Shown here one piece after another: positions 14,240 to 27,429 of a stretch of 64,000 bases of DNA. Within the stretch, counting starts at the first letter, position 1; each line of letters begins with the position of its first letter. Under the pieces are notes generated by a model. It was not told the DNA's origin, did not search any database, and worked only from the letters and a program-made list of their open reading frames with translations. Made by a program: the position numbers and the translations under genes. Source of the stretch: the human T2T-CHM13v2.0 reference genome, Homo sapiens. Location of the stretch: assembly GCF_009914755.1 (NCBI RefSeq), contig NC_060927.1; one strand, written 5' to 3'.

Positions 14240-14448
14240 GTATTTTTTTAAAAATAATTTCAACTTTTAGATCGAAGGGGTACATGTCCCGCTTTGTTAC
14301 ATGGGTATATTGTATGATACTGAGGTTTGGGGTATGACTGATCCCATCATCCAGGTAGTGAGCATAATACCCAACAGTTTTTCAACCCCCTAGCCCCACC
14401 CACCCTGCCAACTTTCCACTTTAGTAGTCCCCAGTCTACTGTTGCCAT
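14240..14448 (-). mobile_element. L1PA15/16-like 3' end fragment
   Basis: 'ggggtacatgt...ttgttacatgggtatattg...gaggtttggggtatgactgatcccatcatccaggtagtgagcata' is the reverse complement of an old L1PA 3'UTR. Confidence 0.8.
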
Positions 14449-15959
14449 GAGATAGAGTTATTTAAACCTGTTGTTATTATGTCCTTTAGAACCTTGACTT
14501 TTGATCCACAAGCCTCAGGCTTCTGAACTGAAAAATCTTTTCCCCCTAAACTATTCTCCATCTGGACTTTGAATATCTAGTTACCTCTCCATTTGCCTCA
14601 TGCTGTCGGCATCCATGTTGCCTTCCTTCCCAGACCCTGCTTGTGAATCCGTTCTACAATCTGTCTTCCACTAGGCTACATGCCCTATTTTAGAAAACCA
14701 GGTATAGTGTTCATTCTGTAGCTGCAGAAGTGAAGATGACACCTTGATTCTGGTGCCTTGACTGTCAGTCACCTCTACTCTCTAATCATTGCTCTTGGGC
14801 TTTTCATCCCCTAAGACATTGTTTAAAAGACAAATATAATAAGACATTGATAGTCTACACTAAGGATATCAAGTACGTGGTCTATTTTTAATGTGCATTT
14901 AGAACATGACTTCCAGGAGGCCTAAATATAAGTTTACTTGAGAAGGGAAAAAAGGGTTTCAGAAACAAACAAGTTAGAGAAACACTGGATTAATGAAGGC
15001 TAAATATATTTCTTTACTGCAAGATTTTTTTAAAACCTTCATTATGGCAATGAGAATTATAAAGTGGCAATAAAATTCAATCTCCACAATTTTATAATTT
15101 GTTACTATCGCTTAAATTTGATTAGGCTATAGCTTAAAACAAAGCAGCATAATGAACTTAAGAAATTATAATTTAACCCTCTGCCTACTGCCGTAAATAG
15201 AAATGAAAAGTATTTATCATGAAATTGATTATGGAAGTTATTACTAGGGCTTGCTTTTAGCAGGACAATGCACAGCAATGACCTTCCAAAAATATTGTCT
15301 CTTTTCACTGAAACCCATAAGAAATTGGCATCTTTTACTTTATGCTTTCAATCTATTTGTGCTGTTACCACCTATTGGGCTGTATATTTTCTGAGGGCCG
15401 GAGCACTGTCTCATTCATTATTATATCCAAGAAGCCAAGTGCATTGACATTGTTTAGCACAACCGACCATCCTTTTATTTACCCCTACCCCGCGCAATTA
15501 GACTTCAATTCTTTTGAAGACCATCATTGATCTACGTAAAATAGCACAGGTACAGCCTGTAAAGGAGATCTAAAAGTAGCACTTTAAAGCCAACAGAGAC
15601 AAGAATTTTGCCAAGTTATCTTGACTAAAAGGGAGGTAGATTTAGGATTCATTTTCAAATGAAGTTTTTATATTCTCTTTGTCAGATACAGTTAGCTTTA
15701 GATAGCTTAGATTTCAGTCTTTCTGGAAGTAAGGATTTTAAATAAGTGAAGTAGTTCTTGATTTGTGGACAGAAATTTCATTTTACAGGAGAGTCTTGAA
15801 CATTTCAGTACAGAACTTTCATCCACCTACAGCAACATAGTTAGGTGAGAAACATTCAGCATATCCACTTATAATAGCAGAATCAACAACTATTTTTTCA
15901 TTGTTTATTTCTAGACATTTAAATTTTTTGGTTCTTGTGATGTTAACTGGGTATCACAA

Positions 15960-16322
15960 TGATATGGTTTGGCTGTGTCCCCACCCAAATCTCATCTTGA
16001 ATTGTAGCTCCCATGATCCCTATGTGTTGTGGGAGGAACCCAGTGGGAGGTAATTGAATCATGGGGGCAGGTTTTCTTGTGGTGTTCTCGTGATAGTGAG
16101 TAAGTCTCACAAGAACTGATGGTTTTATAAATGGCAGTTCCCCTGCATGCACTGTCTTGCCAGCCGCCATTTAAGAAGTGGCTTTGCACCTCCTTTGCCT
16201 TCTGCTATGATTGTGAGGTCTCCCCAGCCATGTGAAACTGTGAGTCCATTAAACCTCTCTTTCTTTATAAATTACTCAGTCGTGGGTATTTCTTCATAGG
16301 AGTATGAAAATGGGCTCATACA
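15960..16322 (+). mobile_element. THE1C/D solo LTR
   Basis: Starts tgatatggtttggctgtgtccccacccaaatctc and ends ...gggctcataca; TATAAA 16126-31; ATTAAA; TSD CACAA/CACAG. Confidence 0.93.
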
Positions 16323-17629
16323 CACAGCATATGTATAATGATGAGAATGATTTTTTCTTATGCTTTAATAATGATGAAAAATGTATATACACATGAAACA
16401 TGTAACAAAAACTACTTCAACTGTTTAGAACCAAGAAGGACATTTCCTCCTGGTTTAGACTAATTTTTAATGATCTCACAACCCATTCTATTCACTTTTC
16501 AATTTCCTTTCATGTTAATGAGGGGAAGCTTTTAAAGGACTAATTCAATGCTGATGAAAGTAAAAGCAGTTAAACTTCATGAATTGAATATGTAAAAACA
16601 TATTAACCATTATGGACTTGTCTTACCAAAGTGATCAGACAGACTTCCTTAAATGTGATGTAGTGTAGGGGTCAAACCCCCACATTATGTCATATGTACA
16701 TCCTAGTATAAGCACATGAGGCCAACAACCTTCTTGAAATTATATGCTTAATATTTTCTTAATGCATAGTACATTTAACAAAATATTTAATTATTAAAAT
16801 AGTTTTCAAAACAAATAAAAGACTAAAATGCCTAGATGCTTACAGTTTCTTTAAACTTTGGAAAAAGTGTAAGTATGCAAAGTGATCAAGTCAAAAGAAC
16901 AAAGAGTTGTCAGTTTACTAAGTGGTTGCTTTGCTCACAGGATATCGAATGGTGCAGAAGTGTTTGCTAAAAGTTGAAGTATAAGTAAGTCATGCTTTCT
17001 GGGTTATGATGAGGACATCAGTAGCACAGATCAACAGCACATTCATGGTATTTTAACACGATATTTCCTTTTCCTGCTTTGATGTCAAAGCAATGCACTG
17101 CTGTCGCTTAGCAGGGATAAGATGGAAATAGTTGGTAGATTAGAGTCTACTTAGAAGCCCAAGGGGCTTCATTTCTATAACTAGAATTGGTGACATCTTG
17201 AATAAAATCGGGTACTCAACTTAGTAGGCTAAAGTTGTTCTTAAGATATTGCCAACATTCTTGTGCCTCAAGTCTGTCAGCGATTACAATAATAATTATT
17301 CTAATTCTCAGCTTGACCAACTACAAGTTAAGGTATTTCAAGTCAAAAATGATGCCTAGCAAGCAGACTTTAAGAATGGCGGCAACTTCAACTAAACAGT
17401 TATTTTGTTGTTGTTGTTTTTTGTTTTTGTTTTTGTTTCTTCTTAGCACAGAACCGGCAATTCTTAAGAAAATAACCTTAAAAGAAGTCTTAAAACCTGT
17501 ATTTCCTTACTTAAGGAAACTAGAAATAAAGAAATCACAATACCAAACAAGTGAAGGAAATGTCAAATATCTTGTGTGCTCTGAAGCTTCTAACTTGAAA
17601 AGCCTCTTTTAGGTACTATAATTTGAGAT

Positions 17630-17740
17630 ACCTACAAACAGAAATTCTTTAGCCTTCTTTAGTAATCTGCTCCAGTGTTCAATCTTTATTTTTCCTATAT
17701 GTCAAGCTGAACTCTCTATTGCCTCAATGGCCGTTTAGGC
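17630..17740 (-). mobile_element. Possible L3/CR1 fragment
   Basis: 'taatctgctccagtgttcaat...tttttcctatatgtcaagctgaactctc' resembles the reverse CR1/L3 3' region. It is highly diverged. Confidence 0.4.
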
Positions 17741-19136
17741 TATGTTTCAGTCTAGACAAACATTTCTGTGTTTAGTTCCACATAAAAAATTTTCTGAAAT
17801 TGCTCTTTGTGTAATAGCTCAAGTGGATTCATGCAAAGTCACCCTGAAAAGGACCAGGAGAAGGAAATCAGCACCCAGCTGAAGTGCTGTATTGTAAGCC
17901 TGTCCTACAGAAGCCAAATTAATTGTAGAAGCAGAAAATGTACGCAGAGTAATCAAAATACAACATCAAATATATTAAAATTACATAAAAAGAAACTGAA
18001 GGCTGGAATTCCCCCAAGAGGGCACAACTACATATTTGTCCTCAAGACATTGCTGAGACAAAAGAGACCCAAATACTTCTTACAAAACATTTTGTGGAGA
18101 TTCTGCTTGCTATGCATATTCTATATATTTTCAGAAATTGTGTGTATAAATAGCATGTCAAAAAAGGGCACTATTTAGGGAAAATAATAGGCATTCATTA
18201 AAATATGGACAATAGAAAATGAAGTTTCTTCATGTTTCTAAAATTAGAGGAAGACGATTCAATAATAAATAGCTCTGCCATTATTAGTTTGCAGTCCCTT
18301 TTGTTAATTGCACCTTTTGTTACCTTTACAGTCTGTCTAAACAGTGTGCTTGAAGGCTCAATATTGTTTTCTAGCTAGTCCTTTTAAAAACTGTTCTGAA
18401 GCATATCAGGCAAACAGAAAGTAGGAGAAGGGAGTATGTAGTCTTTTGTAGAAAAGAGCTTAATAAATAGAATATGAGAATAATTATTGATATCTGTCCT
18501 ACATTTGTCTTAGATAACTTGGTTCTATTGAGAGGCCTCTGAAAATCTCTAGTTTCTGATCATTAAGCAGTTTGTAAAGTCTTGTGTGAGGCACAAATTT
18601 TGACAGGTATAAAACTGATTTGCTCTGGTTCACAACATGTAAAAACCCATTATCATGGGTCATTTCAGCTCATCCCATGACATGGTATTGAGAAACAACC
18701 TCTGGCCCATTTCTTACTATATTCATAAAGCTTAAAATATAATGAGATGCTAGACTTTATCAAAATGATTAGTTTATTAATTTTAGAGTAAGAGGAAAAT
18801 AACTAAAAAGTAACAAATATAAAAATGAAATGTATGTTTTCATAAATAACCAACCTATTACAGTATCGCAATAAAAGGCATCCCCTGCAAAGGTGGCTAT
18901 ACCTGCACTTAGTAAGACTGTCACTTACTGTGTGATCTTCAGTAAGTTAATACTCTTCCTGATCTAAACAGTGAAGGTAACTAATAACTGGTTTTCCCAT
19001 GAAGTTATGAGAGAATCAAAATCAGAGTCCAAAATACAACTAGAAATAGTTGGCTAAACTATTTTAGAGACCATATGAACATTAGGTATTTAATGTGACC
19101 TTAGTTAGATCACGTAATCTTTCTGGATCTGTTTTC

Positions 19137-19223
19137 TCATTTGTAAAATGAACCTCATATAGTTCATTTATAAAATGGACCTCATCTAATTCATTTATAA
19201 AGTGAACCTCATCTACCTCATCT
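19137..19223. repeat. 27-bp x3 tandem repeat arising in a MIR core
   Basis: tcatttgtaaaatgaacctcatatagt / tcatttataaaatggacctcatctaat / tcatttataaagtgaacctcatctacc. Confidence 0.85.
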
Positions 19224-19696
19224 GACAACTTTTAGTATTAAAAGATGAAATCATTTAAATTGAAGTCTATGAAAATACTTACTTTTTCAAAGAAATTTCT
19301 AAAGTAAATATAATTTTTGGTTAAGAGCATTTTCAAATCAGTTAAAAATTCATGGTCCAAATGGCTGAAACTAAACAACCGCAACTTTATAGCAGAGGAG
19401 AAGAGGAGAGGAAAAAAGATCCATGCATATAGAGAAAAGCTGAAAAGAATTGGAAAGAGGGAGAGAAACTATAGCAATTACTGTCAACTGTAAAATGAGG
19501 GGGGGTCCCAAGGGGGAAAATACAGGAAATAACACCCCTGTTGACTTCTGCCAACAAGACCCCCTTCCATTGTGTAAAACAAAGGTGAGTGAAGTGTGGC
19601 TGGTAATATTTAAGATATTATGAATTCATTTTGTAGACAAAATTTAGACTGGGATGAGGACTCATCTGTCATCTTCGCATCTTCTGTCAAGCGCAT

Positions 19697-19711
19697 GTTG
19701 CCCTTGGCAAT
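19697..19711. promoter_or_regulatory. Candidate RFX X-box
   Basis: GTTGCC-CTT-GGCAAT differs at one base from GTNRCC-N(0-3)-RGYAAC and lies in non-repeat sequence. Confidence 0.35.
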
Positions 19712-21490
19712 GGGTCTGCTGTTACTAATTTTGTTTTTGTTTAGAAGCTTGCTTTTCCTCTTTGGTTCTCTGAGTTGCTGTGAATAAAAAAAAAATTTAA
19801 TCACAAAGGAAAAATGTCTTTGATTGATTTCTGATGGTGGCTCTGACACCGTTGTACTTAATGTCGGTGCCAACCTGATTGTTTGATGTTTATTACATAG
19901 GTGAGTGGGAGGAGCTCCCCCTCCTTTTTTTGTTGCTGCTATTGTTATAAGACTGGATCTGGTTTTTAATCAGAGCTGGAGGGAAAAAGCAGTAGTTATT
20001 AGCCTGTGACAATTGGGAAGACCCAGTTTTGTTTTTAGGCTTTCAATATGGTAATATGTTCTAACAATTGTCAGGTGAGGTCAATCTCCTAATCAAATTT
20101 CAAATTTTCTTTAGCCTTGAAAAATTTTTAGATGCTCCTTTTGAGATATGGGATGCAATCTTTTGAAGAGTAACATTAGAATACTCCAATCCTGCCTGGA
20201 ATTCTCCTAGCTAATTACCAAATGTTCTGAGCAAGAATCATGTTGTTAAATGTTGGACACCGAGCTACCCTTTAATTATGTAATCTTACAAATGACCTTT
20301 TAAAACAATCTTTTAGTTTACATTTCACATTTTTTTGCTGTTGAGTTTGGATTCTGTGTACAGCAAAATGTCTATCTCGTTCTCCTATCACTATTTTGAT
20401 GTAAAGACAGAGGAAGATCTATTTTAAATTATTCATAAGCTTTAGATAGAAACCTAAGCAAATTAAAATGTAGGCCAATATAGAGGAAAATGATAATGGG
20501 CATATAAGTATTTGTAGCTACTGTAGCTTCCATTGGGACAATCATAAAATTAATTTCATACCTTGCACAGTAATTTCAATGGGAACAATTTCTCAGTTCG
20601 TGGTCAAACTTGTTTCCAACATTGATGGAGATGAGCACTAGAGAAAGTATTGAATTTTCTTTCTAATTAGCTTTTTCTTATGAAATAGCTTCTTAATAAT
20701 TTCCCTTCATGTCCAGTACATAAAGGTATCTATTCCTTTTAAACTGTATGTGAATTTAATTTATATGCCAATGATGTTTAATGCATTGTCTTGTCTGCAT
20801 CTCATTACTGTCATTAATAAGCGCTGGAGTACATCTAGTTACAAGGTTAATTGGGACAAATCCGGACTCTTTTTTACTGTAAATATGCTATATCTTAGCA
20901 GTGTATTACTCACGGATGGGTGGTAAAAATTATGGTATTTTACACTGCATTGCTCCTTCTGTTGTCAACCAAATCAATCTAAATACAATCTGGAGTGATT
21001 TTCTGCATACATTGTCTAAACTTTGGACAGAAATTTTGCTGTTGTTTTTTTAACCAGCCACATAATTTCATGGCTGATTTAAATATAATTGCAACTCATC
21101 TCTGTGGGATGTAGTCTCTCCTCTTCACCCCACCCTCATCTTAAACTGTTTAAAGGGATCTATATCACCAGCATGAACCCCTTTAAATTTAGTGAAATTT
21201 ATAAGAATTTTCCATAAAAAAGAATAAGTATTTTAGTTGTAATGTTAGATATTACCCATGTACATTTCCACTGATTGTAGAAGCTAACAGGAGCTAATAG
21301 ATTTTTTTCACTGTCCCTGGAGTAAGCCATTGCTCAGGGTCTCTGCATTTGAGAATGATACTCTATACCCAGGGCAGGAATAGAGAAAAACATCTGGCAT
21401 AGACTCTACCCTCTTCCCCTCCAACTTCCATGACAGACATCACTAATCAGCTAAGACCGCTTTTCTGTTGAGCCCGGACCTCAGAATCAT

Positions 21491-21528
21491 CTTCTACGCA
21501 ATGTTCCAGGTGGAACATTGTGTAGAAG
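21491..21528. repeat. Near-perfect palindrome (18-bp arms, 2-nt spacer)
   Basis: cttctacgcaatgttcca-gg-tggaacattgtgtagaag; one mismatch (a G:T pair). Confidence 0.9.
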
Positions 21529-21894
21529 CCAACTGGAACAAAGCCTTCAGATAGCTTGGCACAGGAGTAAAACCCAACACGCTTTCCTGAATAGAGAAAT
21601 TTTACCCCTCAGAGTATTTTACCCCTTTACCAATGTCAATCATCATTAGGTTTGGTCAGCCTACTGCCTAGAACCGTCATCAGTCAGGTAAAATTGACTT
21701 AGGTGTCATTTTAAATTGATATCATTCATTAACTTAAAGAGCCATAGACAGAACAAGATGTTAAACCATCCTTGTATGGAAGTGTTCCTTAAATTATCTT
21801 TCCCTAGGACAATGATCATGTGAGGCTATCTTATCCAACTTTCTCTGTACAATGGTACTTGGAATTTTTCTTTAATTTAGAGCTTTGATTTAGA

Positions 21895-22400
21895 TTCTTC
21901 AGGACTTTTTGGTTCCAAGTGACAGATTTGAATTGGCTCAATTAAAAATGGAAATGTATTTCACCAGGCACTTAAAAAATCCAAGAATGATCAGAACTTC
22001 AGACATAGGTGGATCCAGGAGCTCAGCTACGAGTATCATCTTTCCTCCTCTCTGTGTCTTTCTCTACTACTTTCTCTGCGTTAGCTTCCTTTTAAAGAAG
22101 CTTATTTTTTTTTGTGGTCCCAAAGACCCAGTAACTCAAGGTCTTCATGATTATAGACACTTTGATCATGGAAAGAGAGAGATTCTGTCTCTCTCCTACA
22201 AAAGGATTCTGATTGGCTCTTCTTGATCACAGACCCACTCCCAGGTTACAGGTCACCTGGGTTAAAGCCAGCCTGGGTCTTATGCCCCTTCTTTATATTG
22301 CAAGTCCTGAAAGGCATGTGGTGAACAGCTCCCTCATCCTGATGGGGTAGGGTCAAAACTCAGAAGAAATAGACGCTTTGCTAGCCACAAGAAGAGGGAA
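21895..22400 (-). mobile_element. Ancient MLT1 (J/K/L-like) MaLR LTR remnant
   Basis: 'tcaggactttttggttccaagtgacaga...ggatccaggagctca...tctgattggctc...gatcacagacccactccc' are typical reverse MLT1 blocks. Confidence 0.55.
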
Positions 22401-23344
22401 GAGACACTGTGGGAGCTTTGCCTCATTTTGTGAATCCAGGTTAGGTCATCCCTGAAGTTTCTGTCCCAGGACCTCAGCACCAGAGTGGCCACATTATTGG
22501 ATCAATAATCTGACCACTAATCTCAAGTATTTCTGTCTTTGATCATGCTGACTAGTGTTGACTTCTGAAGGAGCCTCTACTTTTCCCTTTCAGAAGGAGC
22601 AGGGAACAAATTTCAGAGGAGCAGTGTACAATGAAGATAGTTTCCTCCCATAAGTAACGTAATGTCTGTTCAAGCCCAATCCACCTAATATTGAAAAACT
22701 TAATCTAGAAAACTCCAGGTAAACAAAGTCACCTTTGTGTATTCACCACTTCAGGTTACTCTCTGTTCATTTTAAATTTCTCCTCTTCTTCCTCCTTTTT
22801 CCTAGGGTGGTCAGGTACTTATGTATTATCTCGGAATGGGGTGGATGTCAGGGCATCTGTCTTCTGGCTCAGCTTGCTTACTCTTGCCTTTGCTGAAATC
22901 CAGCCCATCCTGAGTTTCCAGTATAAATACCCTGCCATCCTGGCATTGGCTGCGGCATCTGCACATCCCAATGGCATTGATGGACAGTCTGCCACTTTAT
23001 CTTCTCCCATTAGACACTACAATTCCAACAGTCATCTCTCAGCCAATGTCTCTGTCACCCTCAGGAGATGGGGAAATTCAGCTCCTCTTCCAGCCACCTG
23101 CCCACTCCTCCTTTTAGGGTTTTAACCTAGAAAAAGGGCAGAGTACAAGCCCATTCTCTGAAACCCAGCAGTGTATAATTCTCTTCCTTTCTTTTCAATT
23201 GTTCCTCTCTGTTCCAGACAAGCCTTATCTGGGAAAGAGGTAGTGAGCTATCATTCTTCTCTTAATTGCAAGTCAAAAATATTATCTTTTTTGAATATCA
23301 GAAGGCTCTAATGGAACTCAAAATCCAAGGGTTTGATGTTTGCT

Positions 23345-23414
23345 TTCTTTCCTTTCCTTTCCTTTCCTTTCCTTTCCTTTCCTTTCCTTTCCTTTCCTTT
23401 CCTTTCCTTCCTTC

Positions 23415-23448
<34 letters not shown>

Positions 23449-23763
23449 CTTCTTTCTTTCTTTCTTCTTTCTTTCACAGGGATCTCACTCTTTCACCCAG
23501 GCTGGAGTGCAGTGGCATGATCTCTGCTCACTGCAATCTCTGCCTCCTAGTGTTAAACGACCTTCCCGCCTCAGCCTCCTGAGTAACTGGGACTACAGGT
23601 GTTTGCCACCACGCATGGCTAATTATTGCTTTTTTTTTTCTTTTGAAGAGATAGGGTTTTGCCATGTGGCCCAGGCTGGTCTCGAACTCCTGGGCTCAGG
23701 CGATCCACCCGCCTCAGCCTGCCAAAGTGCTGAGATTACAGACATGAGCCACTGCGCCTGGCC
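23345..23763 (-). mobile_element. AluJb-like element whose tail has expanded into a (CTTTC)n/(CT)n/(CTTT)n microsatellite
   Basis: J-type 'gaactcctgggctcaggcgatcc'; pyrimidine repeat at 23345-23475; TSD tttgatgttt(g/t)cttt. Confidence 0.93.
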
Positions 23764-24019
23764 AGATTTGATGTTTTCTTTGGACTATTTAATTTCTCCA
23801 TTAAGTCAATGATGTTATGCATGGGGGGAAGAGGTCTCACTTAAGACCTCCAAATTTTATCCTCCTGCATAGTTATTGTTCCCAAATGGTTCCCTTTATG
23901 TTTGATCAGTCTTTGAGGTAAGTTCTGTGATTAGATATTTCTATATCTGCTAATACAACACTGATTGGAATGAGGGCTTGAGAAAGTCAATTCCAGGGCA
24001 TAGGTTATCTAAGAAATAA

Positions 24020-24367
<348 letters not shown>

Positions 24368-27300
24368 AAAATAGTTTTATACATAGAGTTTTTTGTCTTG
24401 GTTAATTGACATATTCTTCATTGAAGAAAAGGATTAACAATTTCCCAAAAACTCTTTGAGAGATAAGCAGGTAAGGCTGAAGAGAGGCATGGACTGTGTG
24501 AAGAGCCTTCCTGGTGAAAGGTCCCTGAATTTTCTGGCTCAGTGTCCATGTCCTTGGATAGTAGAGGTGAATTTACTTATAATAAACTGGTAATAGAACT
24601 ATTAGCTGTCTCACAGGTCCTCTTAGGTACCTGGTGGGTTTTCTTGTATTTATAATTTCATGGCTCTTTCCACTGAGTGTCATGGAACTCATTAAGCCCA
24701 AACCAGGAAAATCATACATGTAGTTGCTTCCAAACTCACCACAAAGTCAAAGGAGCTCACATTTTCAAGAGAAAGAAAAATTTGTTTTCAGAAATGTGCT
24801 GGTAGCTCATGGTACCATAATATGATTCTGCTCTGAATAAAATGGGGAAAGTGACTGTCTCATAGTGTCTATTTTCCAAGAATTAATGTACGAGAACCAC
24901 TATCATCATAAAATACCATTAATAGTAAATACTGTACAGTTGAGTATAATATGCACTTATTTCAATTTACATGCAATCTTAATGATTAGAAAAAACAGAC
25001 TTTTCCTAAAGGGTATTTGAACATCTCTGACCTAGTAATATTGTAGTTAACTTGCATGGGCTTTTTATTTTGATGGGATTATTATTGCTGCTTGCATTTA
25101 GGATACAGTTTGAATGCTCTAGATTCAGAGATAAAATCCAGGAGGAGATTGTGGGAAGTTGGACAGAGATTGTTGGTTTATTTTCCTCATTGAGCAAAGA
25201 TGCTAACATTTCTCCCAATGTATTTGAGCTGAAAGTAGACAAGATTAAGTGTAGGTGTATGCCAGTGATGGAGAACCTAGAACAAGGATCATAAATTCGA
25301 AAGTGTAGAGTGGCTCTACAGATAACCTAAAAGCATGAACAGAGCCAGATGTAAGATAACAGTTTTGCTTTATTTTTTTTTTATTCTGTGCATGCCAATT
25401 TATTGCTGTCTAAATTATGAAAAGTGTTAAAATATTTAGAGAAATAATAACTACAACTTTCATTTATGTCTAAAGGCCCCAGGATTATATACATATAATT
25501 CCATCTCATTTAATTTTTTCAGTCTTTCCTCCCCTAAACAAGAAAAGATCTTCCAAAGAAATGGGCAAAGTTACTTGCTCAGTTACACTTAGTAAAGGCA
25601 TTTCTTAGTATAATATAAGTGTCTTTTTTATGCTAGCTATGCTAGCTGACTCTCGGCATAAGGAAAAACAATAAAAAACAAAAAGCTGCATATGCTGAAA
25701 TTTAAAAAATTGTATTCATCTGACAAACAGCTTTAGATCTGGAAATACATTTCATGAGTAACTTATAGATAGGCTATAATTATTTGATAATTAATGCTCT
25801 CAAATTAATCCCTTTCCTAAAGAACCTCTAGTGGTTCTTATGCTCCAATTGATATAGAAAAGCTAGATCTTAGGAGGATTTCTTTCTAAATTCAGAGAAT
25901 GTTCATCCATGCAGGCTTCCAAGAGCCTACAAATAAAATCTAATCAGGTCTGAAAGCAATCAGGTCCAGCCAATCAGAAATCGAGCTGTGGGGCAGAAAA
26001 TCAGAATTTAAATAAAAGTTGCAATTAGAACCCACAGAACTGGCATGACACTCGTTTAAGTTCTTAGTGCTCAGAGACAGTATGAAAATTATCTCCACAG
26101 TAGGAATAAGAAGGGCTGGTGAAGATTTTTGCCTCCTGATAGAATATTGAAAATTATCTTCATCAGTGGGTTAATTGGCTTAATTTTCCTTCAGATGGTA
26201 ACTTTCAAATGCTTGGTCTTAATTAGCATGGGTAAATGAGAAATGTAGGTGATTCACACTTTTCAGTTTTCTTGTGCCCTAGAGATTTCCATTCCTTTCC
26301 CTTAAGATATTTGAAATGGCTGAGGGCTACGTTGATTAAAATAAATTAGGCTGGTATTTTATACCAGTGAAAATGTAGATGGAATTGACTAATGTCTGGT
26401 CCATTAAAAAATGCAACCCACAAGTAACATGAAGGTGAAAGATAGTGTGAACTACTTACGAGGAACCTTGTATTTACTGTGCTAAAAATTTTAAGACCAT
26501 AATTTTTCAATATTTTGTTAGATGAGGTATGATGTTCAACTAAGAATGGTAAAAAAAAATCAGAGGCACTTTACATATTTAATAAGAGGTGTATATGGGA
26601 AAATGAATATTAAAAGAGAGGACAGAGGCATAAAATGAAAAAAATTATTATTCTTAGGTGATTTTCTTCAAGTCTGTTTTACTCCATAACTCCCCCACCA
26701 ACTTCACCTTCACCTCTAACAAAGAGTTGAAATCAGCATCAAATATTTTGTTTTTAGAATCTAAGAAGAGTGTTATGTTTATTAACTAACGTACATTAGG
26801 TAATTTCTTTGCTTTTACCATATTAATATTTTATTATAAACAACGTATTACTTGTCTCTGATTTAAAAAAATCTTTCAGATAATGAAATTTGAACTAGAA
26901 TACTACTATAGTACGTTGTGAGTTACTTGGCACTAATTTATTGTGTAATACTGCCTGAATTCAAAAAAATCAAATTGTATCCACATTGTACTGTGCACCT
27001 TGTATAGTTTTGTAAACATCTAAAAAAATTAAGACTTTCTCATTTTTTTCTGTTAGATTCACCTATGAAAACCCTAGTAAGGGTCATCATAAAGCCAAGA
27101 ATTTAAGAAAGTTTAAAACTGAAACAATTTTTGAAATTTAGTTAATACAGTGCAGAATGTAGTGTTTTTCTTCTGGTGGCACCCATATAAATAAAAAAAA
27201 GCACCAAAATGATACTCATTTTCTAAAATTACATGTAAAAGCAAGCAACTGCAATGATATCTTTGAAAATAATATGCACCTGGAGTCAAAATATAGTAAA

Positions 27301-27429
27301 ATCATCTAATATGATTATCTCATTGATACTCAGATTTTAACACATCCTTGGGTAAACCATATTATAATAAAAATTTTAATAAAATGTATGTTTTGTATAT
27401 TTATAATAAAATTCACAGAGTCACTTATA

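Noticed and set aside
17235-18178. Two ~125-aa ORFs in unique sequence
   Set aside because: Non-ATG starts, low-complexity runs, no recognisable domain and no exon structure.
19137-19223. CRISPR-like array or other prokaryotic system
   Set aside because: The repeats are head-to-tail with no spacers, and the whole window is primate DNA.
20571-20646. Possible coding exon after 'ccttgcacag'
   Set aside because: All three frames contain stops and the donor is weak.
23266-23812. ORFs of up to 159 aa with FPFLS repeats
   Set aside because: They are translations of the microsatellite and antisense Alu.
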